Shown here one piece after another: positions 20,914 through 30,185 of a stretch of DNA of 32,000 bases. A program made the translations under genes and the position numbers. Numbering within the stretch: position 1 is the first letter of the stretch; each line of letters begins with the position of its first letter. Origin of the DNA: Mycobacterium leprae TN (lineage in GTDB: Bacteria; Actinomycetota; Actinomycetes; Mycobacteriales; Mycobacteriaceae); the NCBI RefSeq assembly GCF_000195855.1, contig NC_002677.1, positions 480,001-512,000 on the forward strand, given 5' to 3'. The notes below the pieces were generated by a model. It had not been told where the DNA came from. It saw only the letters and a list, made by a program, of their open reading frames with translations, and did no database searches.

Positions 20914-21775
20914 TCAATCCGAGGACCAGTCGGCGACCGTCAAGTCAAGCGGATATGTTAGCTCGACCTCCACTGTCGTGGCCTGGGTTGTCACCAAGTC
21001 CGGATCCAGTGTGACTACAGCAGCCAGCGCATCATGCATATACGCTACGCACCCTAGGTTGCGAGCCTCGTGAGACTCGAATGTATTAAGCGCAGCGCAT
21101 CCTTGATCACCTGGATCAACGGAGACAGAACTGCGGTAGACACCAGCTTGGTGAGGATGTTCAGCGTCAGATCCAACCTGCATACGATCGAAAGTTGTTG
21201 TTGCTCAGTCCAAGCCGCAAATACCTTGTTTGCCTCCTCTGGGTTCACCCTACCTGATTGTTCCATTCGGCCGCGACTTTGCTCTGGCCAGAGCCGTCGA
21301 ACACGCCGCCTATGATCACTAGCCGGCTTAGGAGCGTCGGGCGTGCCGACTCGGTGTACAATAACACAGCCAAGTTGGTCGGCGTCCCGGTGACGAGGCC
21401 GATTCGGTTCTCAGCGTGGGTGCGAGCGGCATCTATCCAAGTCGTCGTGGCATCGTAACTGGCAATCCGGCAGTCAGTGGAGGGCAGCTCGGCATAGTTT
21501 CAATCTCGGCATAGTTTCAATATTTGGGCTGTGGAATTTTGCATTCTCAGGCTACTTGGTCGCACAGTGGCTTGTCGTTGCCTTTGCACACGGGTATGGC
21601 TGTGGCCCGGAACAATTTGACCAAGCCAAGGTTGTTCGCGCACATCTGCTCGACTTCAATATTTTCGCCGGGAGATACTATTCCGACGAGATTGATGTCA
21701 GGGTTGGCCAGTAGATATACCAGAGCCACAGCCTAATCGATGTCGGTAATCGACGTCGATGAAAACTAGGGTGCA
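20914..21775 (-). pseudogene. iunH: Inosine-uridine preferring nucleoside hydrolase remnant (iunH, Rv3393-like)
   Basis: The N-terminal DxDxxxDD region is degraded (VFIDVDYRHR*). Then come ALVYLLANPDINLVGIVSPGENIEVEQMCANNLGL, NPEEANKVF, and the C-terminal HDALAAVVTLDPDLV...VEVEL. Frames shift, stops are present, and a 17-bp tandem duplication lies inside. Confidence 0.7.
21489..21522. repeat. Perfect tandem duplication, 17 bp x 2 (CTCGGCATAGTTTCAAT)
   Basis: Read directly: 21489-21505 and 21506-21522 are identical. It lies inside the iunH remnant, and the length is not a multiple of 3. Confidence 0.95.
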
Positions 21776-21824
21776 TCGTGGTAACGATACTGGAACTGGT
21801 GATTAGGTTGTTACGGTGTACAAA

Positions 21825-22790
<966 letters not shown>

Positions 22791-23216
22791 ACATCAAAAG
22801 TTTAATCATGCCTGGAAATCAGAGCATTGAAATTTAAATATGTATATATTGTATTTGGAAGATTTTGCCTAAAGATCACTATAACGAAAAAATTTTTAAG
22901 TGTTGACGAGAATCTAAACATTGTTAAAGGATTTTGTAATGAATTTTTGTGTTATCTTTGAGTGAATTTCGAAAAATTATGACTTAATAATCTTATGAAT
23001 TAAATGATTTTATATTCATTTATAGTGTATTAACGATATAATTTAATATATTTAAAGATATCTAGAATATTTATTTTACATTATGCTCATCCATCTAATT
23101 ATTTTTTTAGCGTGGCGGTCTGAAGGTAATCGTACAATATGCAATAACAGGTCAATATAAGTCATGGTACGGCATTATATTCTATAGCGACGACTGTTAG
23201 GATGTAGGCGGCAGGC
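22791..23216. promoter_or_regulatory. Extremely AT-rich intergenic block upstream of espA (probable promoter / nucleoid-protein binding region)
   Basis: A hand count of 22801-23100 gives 65 G+C in 300 nt (~22% GC) in an otherwise GC-rich window. There is no ORF of 60 aa or more. A/T tracts and short AT palindromes (ATTTAAAT, GATATC, TCTAGA) are present. TATATT/TATAGC -10-like hexamers lie 30-45 nt before the espA ATG. Confidence 0.5.
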
Positions 23217-24401
23217 ATGAGCGGCGCATTCATCATCGATCCGACGTTAAAGGCCATTGAAGCTTGGCATGCACTCCTGGGGATAGGAGTACCCAATGAC
23301 GGGGGAGTGCTCTACTCTTCATTATCGTTCTTCGAAAAAGCGCTTGAGCACCTGGCGGCGGCGTTTCCTGGTGACGGCTGGCTAGGCTCTGCCGCGGATA
23401 AATACGCCGGCCAAAACCGTAAACGGGTGGACATTTTTCAGGAGCTGGCTGAGCTGGATAAAGAGCTTATCGAGCTAATCCATAACCAGGCCAACTCGGT
23501 CCAGACGACACGCGGCATCCTGGATGGCGCGAAGAAGGCGCTCCTGTTCGTGCGTCCGGTGGCTATAGACCTGAACTACATCCCGCTTGTCGGATCTGTC
23601 ATGTCGGCTTCCATACAGGCTCAGGCCTGCGCAGCTGCCATGGCCGCAGTGAGCGGCGGGCTTGCTTACCTACTCGTCCAGACTGCGATCCATACGGCTA
23701 AATTCGTTGCTTTGCTGGCTCGGTTGGCGCACCTGTTGGCGTCCGCTGTCGCGGACGTAGTTTCGGACGGAGTAGCGATCATAAAGGGCATTGTGGATCA
23801 CCTATGGCATTTTATAGCGGGCGCGTTAACGGGCCTGAAGGATATTGTGGAAAAGATCATCCATTGGTTTTTTGGACTGTTCTCGCACTGGTGGTCGAGA
23901 CTGCACTCCTTCTTTGGAGGCATCCCTGGCCTGAGTGGTGCGACTAGCGGCTTGTCCCAGGTGACCGGTTTGTTTGGTGTTCCCGGTTTGGCCGGTTCGT
24001 CCGGGTTACTAAGCGGCGAGAGCTTATTGAGCACAGAAAACTTACCCAGCCTGGCCGGAGTTGGGGCCGGGCTCGGCTTAGGGAGCTTGCCGCAACTGGC
24101 TCAGCTGCATGCCGCCTCGACTCGGCAGGGAACACGTTCCCAAGCCGGTGTTTCGGCCGAACTCTCTACGGAGCAGTTTGGCGGACAGCAGGAGCCGGTC
24201 TCCGCACAGGGCTCTCAAGGTATGGGCGGCTCTCAAGGTATGGGCGGCATGACTCCCGCTTCGACGAAGTCGAAAAAAGATGAGCGGAAGAAGAAGAAGT
24301 ACTCGGAAGGCGCAGCAGCGGGCACAGACGATGCGGAGCGTGCGCCAATCGAAGTTCAATCAGGCGGTGGTAAACGGGCGTTGGCACAACACGTCGTTTA
24401 A
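23217..24401 (+). CDS. espA: ESX-1 secretion-associated protein EspA
   Basis: The 394-codon ORF is collinear with Mtb EspA (Rv3616c) from MS.AFIIDPT through FPGDGWLGSAADKYAG (WxG), the conserved Cys (QACAAAM), GLSQVTGLFG and AQGSQGMGG to ...YSEGAAAGT.DAERAP. From memory this may correspond to ML0405. Confidence 0.9.
   Translation: MSGAFIIDPTLKAIEAWHALLGIGVPNDGGVLYSSLSFFEKALEHLAAAFPGDGWLGSAADKYAGQNRKRVDIFQELAELDKELIELIHNQANSVQTTRGILDGAKKALLFVRPVAIDLNYIPLVGSVMSASIQAQACAAAMAAVSGGLAYLLVQTAIHTAKFVALLARLAHLLASAVADVVSDGVAIIKGIVDHLWHFIAGALTGLKDIVEKIIHWFFGLFSHWWSRLHSFFGGIPGLSGATSGLSQVTGLFGVPGLAGSSGLLSGESLLSTENLPSLAGVGAGLGLGSLPQLAQLHAASTRQGTRSQAGVSAELSTEQFGGQQEPVSAQGSQGMGGSQGMGGMTPASTKSKKDERKKKKYSEGAAAGTDDAERAPIEVQSGGGKRALAQHVV
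24210..24245 (+). repeat. Perfect in-frame 18-bp tandem duplication in espA (GGCTCTCAAGGTATGGGC x2; encodes GSQGMG twice)
   Basis: Read directly: 24210-24227 equals 24228-24245, followed by a partial third unit GGC. Confidence 0.95.
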
Positions 24402-24467
24402 CAATATATGGCGAGCTAGATCCATTGTGAACCGGCGCTGTAGCAAGAGACGGAAGGGATGCGATCA

Positions 24468-24779
24468 ATGATAGATAACTTGACGGTTCAGAGCGAACAC
24501 CTGAATTCCTTGGCCTCGCAACATGAAAACGAGGCGGCTTGTGCCTCCTCCGGCGTCAGTGCTGCCGCCGGACTCGCCAACGCAGTCTCGACCAGTCATG
24601 GTTCGTACTGCGCCCAGTTCAATGACACGTTAAAAATGTATGAGGACGCCCACCGAACTCTTGGCGAGTCCTTGCATACGGGCGGTATTGATCTCGCTAG
24701 GGTTCTGCGAGTTGCGGCGGCCATGTATTGTGACGCTGACGAAATATGTGGATCAGATATCAAGTCGGCGTTTGGCTGA
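24468..24779 (+). CDS. espC: ESX-1 secretion-associated protein EspC
   Basis: The ORF track starts at 24459. ATG 24468 (MIDNLTVQ...) lies 9 nt after GGAAGGG, aligns residue-for-residue with the Mtb EspC (Rv3615c) start, and gives 103 aa. A C-terminal YxxxD motif (YCDAD) is present. Confidence 0.9.
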   Translation: MIDNLTVQSEHLNSLASQHENEAACASSGVSAAAGLANAVSTSHGSYCAQFNDTLKMYEDAHRTLGESLHTGGIDLARVLRVAAAMYCDADEICGSDIKSAFG

Positions 24780-24791
24780 CCAAGTTCGTTG

Positions 24792-24834
24792 CATGGGAAG
24801 TAGACGTCGGATTAACCGACGTCTACTTCCCATG
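24792..24834 (+). terminator. Perfect 19-bp stem / 5-nt loop hairpin in the espC-espD spacer (possible partial terminator, attenuator or RNA-stability element)
   Basis: CATGGGAAGTAGACGTCGG-ATTAA-CCGACGTCTACTTCCCATG, read directly. It starts 13 nt after the espC stop, a TTTT run lies at 24840-24843, and AGGAGG lies at 24862-24867 before espD. The structure is certain; the function is inferred. Confidence 0.5.
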
Positions 24835-24876
24835 TCGACTTTTCCTGCGTGGCAGGAATTCAGGAGGGATGTCGTG

Positions 24877-25443
24877 GTGGTGTTCCCCGGAAACGACTTC
24901 GACCGCGATGATTGCGACACCGTGGATCCCTGGGGCGTCGGCGGTGCGGCGCACTGGACTATAGATCCGATTGTTGGCTTTGCGTCGTCGTCGGCGCCCC
25001 AGGACCGCGGAACCGACGTAGACAACACCCGCGGTCAGGCTGAGGAGGATGAAAAACAAAAGGAGCCAGAGGTCGCAATTTTCACGGTGACGAACCCCCC
25101 ACGTACCGTGTCGGTATCGGTGCTGATGGACGGCCGGATCGACCATGTTGAGCTTTCGAAGAGGGTGACATGGATGAGTGAATCACAGGTCGCCTCCGAG
25201 ATCCTGGTTCTTGCTGACTTGGCGCGGCAGAAGGCGCAGTCGGCCCAGTACACTTTCATCCTAGACAAACTGAGTCAACTGGCCGATGGAGATGAGCACC
25301 GCGTCGCACTGTTACGTGAATCCGTGGGCAATACCTGGAATTTGCCGTCGCCGGAACAAGCCGCAGAGGCAGAAGCTGAAGTATTCGCAACTCGTTACAG
25401 TGACTATTGTCCTGCACAAGATACAGAGAATGATCAATGGTGA
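24877..25443 (+). CDS. espD: ESX-1 secretion-associated protein EspD
   Basis: The 267-aa ORF-track call (24640) overlaps espC and lacks homology in its first ~80 aa. GTG 24877, 9 nt after AGGAGG, gives (M)VFPGNDFD... aligned with Mtb EspD (Rv3614c) MDLPGNDFD. The conserved core is FTVTNPPRTVSVS.LMDGRIDHVELS...ARQKAQSAQY. Confidence 0.85.
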   Translation: MVFPGNDFDRDDCDTVDPWGVGGAAHWTIDPIVGFASSSAPQDRGTDVDNTRGQAEEDEKQKEPEVAIFTVTNPPRTVSVSVLMDGRIDHVELSKRVTWMSESQVASEILVLADLARQKAQSAQYTFILDKLSQLADGDEHRVALLRESVGNTWNLPSPEQAAEAEAEVFATRYSDYCPAQDTENDQW

Positions 25444-25745
25444 ACCTGATCCAGTCCGGTGAGTTCGGAGACTCTGGTCCGTCCTGCGTTGTGCAGAGTT
25501 GTGGTCCTGGGTTTCATGCTGTCGGGACGGGCTTCTCTAACTCGATCCGGTCAGCCTACTGGATAAATCATAAATCGGTGCCTGAGTTAGGACATTGCAG
25601 ATTGGGGGAGTGTGTCCAGCAAGGGTGGGTGTATTAAGTCAGGCTGTGAGTTGAGGACCGGCATGTCGTAGTCGGATGGATTGAGTGTAATCGCGTGATT
25701 CATCGAGAGACCTAGCAAAGTAACTTGAGCAAAGGAATTAACGCG

Positions 25746-26775
25746 ATGATCAATTCCTACGATATTCACTTGGCCTCAGTTACTGGCTGAACGACTCACT
25801 GTCACCCACCCTGATGTGCTGTGCGAACTGCTGACTAAGTTCATTTACGCGCCGATGGGCGTTGAACCCGACGCAGCGTGCCGGGACGGCCTATGATCAG
25901 TGCAGTGCTACGCGTGCCAATCAGCTGCAGTGGCTGTCGGTCGGACACCGTCAATTCGATATTCGTGCAAGCACGCTGGATGTAGCGATCTCCAAGTTGC
26001 GGCAGGATTCCTAATTCTACTTCCCGGATTGGCTCTTGGAGCTCCGCAAACGTGCCGAGAAGGCATTGGACCTGTTTGTCTGCTGGGTGTGTCCACCCCG
26101 GCGGATGGGTAAATTCGTCGAAACCTTCGGGACCAGTGGGCCTGTCGAAGTCTCAAGTCAGCGTGATGGCTAAGGAACTCGACACCGTTGTGGATGCCTT
26201 TCGTACCTGTCCGCTCGATGCTGGCCCCTACACTCATGGCTTGACTGATGTGCTGGTTTCGAGGTTCGTGAGGCCGGTCCCGTGTGGTCAATGTGCATGC
26301 TCTGATCACCACTGATGTCAACGCCGAGGGCTACCGCGAAACTCTTGGTTGTGGATGCGACCACCGCCGAAGACGGGGTCGGTTGGTTGAAGTTTCTGCG
26401 GTCGCTGACCGCCCGCTGGCTTTCCGGCGTGGCTACCTCGGTCACCAGCGATGCCCACGCCGGACTGCTCGCCACAATCAGGGCCAGCCGCCCGGCGTGT
26501 TCTGGCAACGCTGTCGCATCTATTTAGGCCACCAACCTCATGGCCTGCGCACCCACGGCTTCCTGACCGTGGGTGCGTACCCTGCTACACTACTCGGTGT
26601 TTGATCAACCCGATGTGGAATCCGCTGCCGTGCAATATGATCGGGTCATCGATGTATTGATCGACAAGTTGGCCCGGGTTGCTGATAACCGCGAAGCAGC
26701 CCACGCGGGTCTGCTGGCATTCATTCCGTGAACTAACCTGGTTCTGCTGGAGACGGCTAAATAATCTAGACCACC
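25746..26775 (+). mobile_element. IS256-family (IS1081-like) transposase pseudogene, 5' portion (3' limit +/-20 bp)
   Basis: The translation is collinear with the IS1081 transposase across shifting frames: QLLAERL..HPDVLCELLTKFI..PMG; GVSTP...LSKSQVSVMAKELDTVVDAFRTCPLDAGPYT; VNAEGYRETLG; TSDAHAGLLATI; WQRCR; DQPDVESAAVQYDRVIDVL; LLAF. It contains many stops. Homology breaks off at about WFCWRRLNN. Confidence 0.7.
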
Positions 26776-28035
26776 TCGGTCGAGGTGACCATTTGATCAT
26801 AGCGTTGCTTGTACTCCACCGGAGGTCCGTCCTCGATTCGGTAAATGCGAGGCTGGGCGTGTTGTGCCAGTGTACCCGTTTGGCGGTCTCACGTTCCAAT
26901 TCGGCTCGGCCAGTGAAGGTGGCTTTCTCACCGACGAGATGCGATTTATACAATCCTACAGCAGATTCCATCTATGCGTTATCGAATGCGTCGCCGACAT
27001 TGCCGATAGAGTCGACGATCCCGGCCTAGCGCAGTACTTCAGTGAATGGGTGAATGCGATCGCCGTGTACTGATCACCTACATCCGAGTGGCGCACTAAA
27101 ATCCATTGCAAAGAAACGTAACTCGTAGTACTTCCGGATGAATAGCGCTTGCTCAAACAGCGATGTCACCAACACCGTGGTCTTGCTGGTTCTTCCTGGC
27201 CACCCCGGGATGCGGCGGGAGAACACATCCACGCAGAACGCTGTGTAGCCACACCTCATACAGCGTCTAAACATACGTGAAATCGGCGACTCAACTACTG
27301 ATCCAGGCACCTTGGCGTTGACTAGGCCCGGTTGATCAGGTACTCGGTGTCCCGGTGGCGCCTGTTTGTCATGTTCGGTCGTGCGGGTGATGCGCTTATC
27401 GCGCACGATACCGTCGAGGCCGGCCAGACACATCACCCGCGCTACCCCGATATCATGATCATGCCTCCAGTCGTGGCCTGCGCGTTTGGCGGTGTTCCTG
27501 AGCTTGCGCACGCCGTAGACGCGCCGGTTGGCTACACACAGGTCGAACATGGTGCTCGCCCATCACCATTAGGGGTCGTCAACATCAGCTGCCGATACCA
27601 GTCTCTGCTGCATGACGGCATACTAGTTAGGTGGACAAGGCGGTCCGCTCGGGCAGTGCTGGGTAAATCGGGTCAACCCCGAACTTGTCGCGGTAGGTAT
27701 CAATGTATTCGACGATCACCGTAGTTGGCGGTCGACTTTCGCCGTTGCGAAAAGCACTCGCGGTTCATAGATTTCATTGGGCACACTTGAGTTCTCGGAC
27801 TTCGCGCTCGAGTTCTGCGATCCGGCTGACATCATTAGATGTCGTGCTAGGGTGCGCGTCACTATAAAAAAACAATCTCGTCTCGGCACGCCTTGACCCA
27901 TGTCCGCAACGTCTCAGGATGCACACCGGACTGTTCGGCGATTGGCTTGATCGGGCCCCCTTGCGGTTGCCGTGGAGCACGGCGAGCTGTCTACGCGTCA
28001 TCCGCGTCGCTTACTCTCTCAGCTCCTCCGAGTGC
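26766..28035 (-). mobile_element. IS3-family insertion sequence remnant (orfA HTH + orfB DDE integrase), decayed; ends approximate
   Basis: orfA-like: GPIKPIAEQSGVHPETLRTWV and IAELEREVRELK. orfB-like: RRVYGVRKL...ARVMCLAGLDGIVRDKR...YTAFCVDVFSRRIPGW, GNVGDAFDNA*MESAVGLYKSHL, and VHWHNT...PPVEYKQRY. It has several stops and frameshifts. The ~1.25-kb size fits IS3-family elements. Confidence 0.7.
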
Positions 28036-28204
28036 TTCCGCTGCGCTACCACACCTCAATCTTCTCCGGGTGATAAGAGTCACCAGCGAAGCTGGGATAG
28101 TTCAGTTGATTCTGGCTGACCGGCAAGTCTATGATACATTCCGTGTATTAGAGAGACCCCTTTATTCCAATGGATCTATGATGCGGATGGTGTTGAAAGG
28201 TTAG
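28036..28204 (+). mobile_element. IS256-family transposase pseudogene, 3' portion (resumes after the IS3 remnant)
   Basis: FRCATTPQ.SSPGDKS / GIVQLILADRQVYDTF..ERPLYS aligns weakly with the IS1081 segment IRRRTDVVGIFPDR...IRLVGAVLAEQHDEW..GRRYL, which directly follows the point where the 5' portion breaks off. Confidence 0.4.
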
Positions 28205-28326
28205 TCATTTAGTGCACTTAGCACCACTAAAGTCATAGGCCAGAAAGCTTAGGTGACTTAGACTACCTGAGTTTTGTCCTTTCAGTTGTTTGGATTTATT
28301 TAATTTTCGAGGAGGGTTTTATAGTT

Positions 28327-28629
28327 ATGTCCTTTTTTCTGAGAGTAGAAGTAGGTGGGTTGATGATGGCAGCCGGCAGATTGGAGCGCATTACCTCCGA
28401 GTCTATGGCATGCAATGCCAAGCTTACTCCTGTAACCACCAAGGTTGTCCCACCGGCCGCCGACCAAGTGTCGAAGCTAGTATCGCAGGTATTTAGTTCC
28501 TACGGGAAGCAGTACGAGGGGTATGCCGCTCAGGGTGTAGACCAGAGTCGGTTGTTTGTCCAGAGTCTGAAAGATGCCGCAGGTGATTATATGGACAGTG
28601 ATCATATGTATCTAAACACAGAGGATTAA
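28327..28629 (+). CDS. PE family protein
   Basis: 100-codon ORF with GAGGAGGG 11 nt upstream. A PE-domain signature is present (MSFF...VVPPAADQVSKLVSQVFSSYGKQYE...FVQSLKDAAGDY), along with a C-terminal YxxxD motif (YMDSD). The eponymous Pro-Glu is replaced by Val-Glu. From memory this may correspond to ML0410. Confidence 0.85.
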   Translation: MSFFLRVEVGGLMMAAGRLERITSESMACNAKLTPVTTKVVPPAADQVSKLVSQVFSSYGKQYEGYAAQGVDQSRLFVQSLKDAAGDYMDSDHMYLNTED

Positions 28630-28754
28630 GCCTCCTAAGTGTTGGAGTGTTAAGCCTCACTGTGGGGCATCGTATTGTGTGAAGTTTCTGGCGGTATCGG
28701 AGTGGCTACCGGCGAGTAGGAAGATTATAGAGAAGATATAGAGGTAACAAAATC

Positions 28755-29981
28755 ATGTTCGACTTCATGGTGTATTCGCCCGAGGTCAATGCTTTTCTTA
28801 TGAGTCGTGGCCCGGGTTCTACTCCTCTATGGGGCGCCGCTGAGGCATGGATTAGTCTGGCAGAGCAGTTAATGGAGGCGGCGCAGGAAGTGTCGGACAC
28901 AATAGTCGTCGCGGTGCCGGCGTCATTTGCGGGCGAGACGTCGGATATGTTAGCCAGCCGTGTCAGCACTTTTGTGGCGTGGCTGGATGGTAACGCCGAG
29001 AATGCCGGGCTGATTGCTCGCGTCCTCCACGCAGTGGCATACGCCTTCGAGGAGGCGCGTGCGGGCATGGTGCCACTGCTGACGGTGCTCGGGAACATCA
29101 TACACACCATGGCGCTGAAGGCAATAAACTGGTTCGGGCAAGTATCTACCACGGTCGCGGCTTTGGAAGCCGACTACGATCTGATGTGGGTCCAAAACTC
29201 GACGGCAATGACGACCTATCGGGATACCGTGCTCAGAGAAACGGGAAAAATGGAAAATTTTGAACCAGCACCGCAGTTGGTCTCTAGATATTGCATGGAT
29301 CGGCGGGATTCCGTTAATTCGTTTCATTCTTCGTCTTCGTCCGATTCACTTTACGAATCAATCGATAATCTGTATGACTCGGTGGCTCAGTCCGAAGAAC
29401 ACGGATCGGACAGTATGTCCCAATCGTACAATACGTGTGGATCGGTCGCTCAGTCTGAATTGTGCGATTCGCCGTTTGGCACCCCTTCTCAGAGCTCTCA
29501 GAGCAACGACCTTTCTGCTACGAGCCTTACACAGCAGTTGGGAGGCCTGGACAGTATCATATCGAGTGCTAGTGCAAGTCTGCTTACAACGAACAGCATA
29601 AGCAGCTCGACGGCAAGTAGTATTATGCCTATAGTGGCTTCTCAGGTTACAGAAACACTGGGTCGAAGTCAAGTGGCTGTGGAGAAAATGATACAGTCGA
29701 TTAGCAGCACCGCGGTGAGCGTGGATGTGGCGGCCAGTAAAGTGGTTGCCGGCGTAGGTCAGGCTGTGTCGGTTGGTGCTTTGCGGGTGCCGGAAAATTG
29801 GGCCACGGCCAGTCAGCCGGTCATGGCGACGGCGCACTCAGTGCCGGCAGGCTGCAGCGCGATTACCACGGCAGTAAGCGGGCCGCTGGAAGGGGTGACT
29901 CAGCCTGCTGAGGAAGTTCTCACGGCTTCCGTTGCCGGCGGCAGTGGGACTGGAGGTCCGGCCTTCAACGAAGCGGTTTGA
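28755..29981 (+). CDS. PPE family protein, serine-rich antigen
   Basis: 408-codon ORF. The N-terminal ~180-aa PPE domain (MFDFMVYSPEVNAFLMSRGPGS..LWGAAEAW) has SPE in place of PPE. A Ser-rich low-complexity middle spans nt ~29307-29642. The C-terminus reads GALRVPENWA. It matches my recollection of the M. leprae 45-kDa serine-rich antigen (ML0411). Confidence 0.9.
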   Translation: MFDFMVYSPEVNAFLMSRGPGSTPLWGAAEAWISLAEQLMEAAQEVSDTIVVAVPASFAGETSDMLASRVSTFVAWLDGNAENAGLIARVLHAVAYAFEEARAGMVPLLTVLGNIIHTMALKAINWFGQVSTTVAALEADYDLMWVQNSTAMTTYRDTVLRETGKMENFEPAPQLVSRYCMDRRDSVNSFHSSSSSDSLYESIDNLYDSVAQSEEHGSDSMSQSYNTCGSVAQSELCDSPFGTPSQSSQSNDLSATSLTQQLGGLDSIISSASASLLTTNSISSSTASSIMPIVASQVTETLGRSQVAVEKMIQSISSTAVSVDVAASKVVAGVGQAVSVGALRVPENWATASQPVMATAHSVPAGCSAITTAVSGPLEGVTQPAEEVLTASVAGGSGTGGPAFNEAV

Positions 29982-30185
29982 GCGTGAGTGAGGTTGGTTG
30001 AACAATTATCGAGGTGCTAGTTGGTCATAGTGTTAGCTTTTTTGATACGTGCATAAGACCATCCCGTCACACACCTCGTGTAAGCAGTTTCGTGATGTTT
30101 GTGAAATGTTTGATTCGTCTGTTGATCGGGTTGTACGAAATGGCCTGAGTGGTCGTCTGCCTCCAAGTCACATTTGCTATGTTAT

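Noticed and set aside
22791-23216. The AT-rich block as a CRISPR array, prophage end or IS
   Set aside because: I could see no regular repeat-spacer periodicity, no terminal inverted repeats and no ORF. It is treated as regulatory or compositional instead.
24640-24876. 267-aa version of espD overlapping espC
   Set aside because: The first ~80 residues overlap espC in another frame and contain the hairpin. EspD homology begins at (M)VFPGNDFD, and an AGGAGG precedes GTG 24877.
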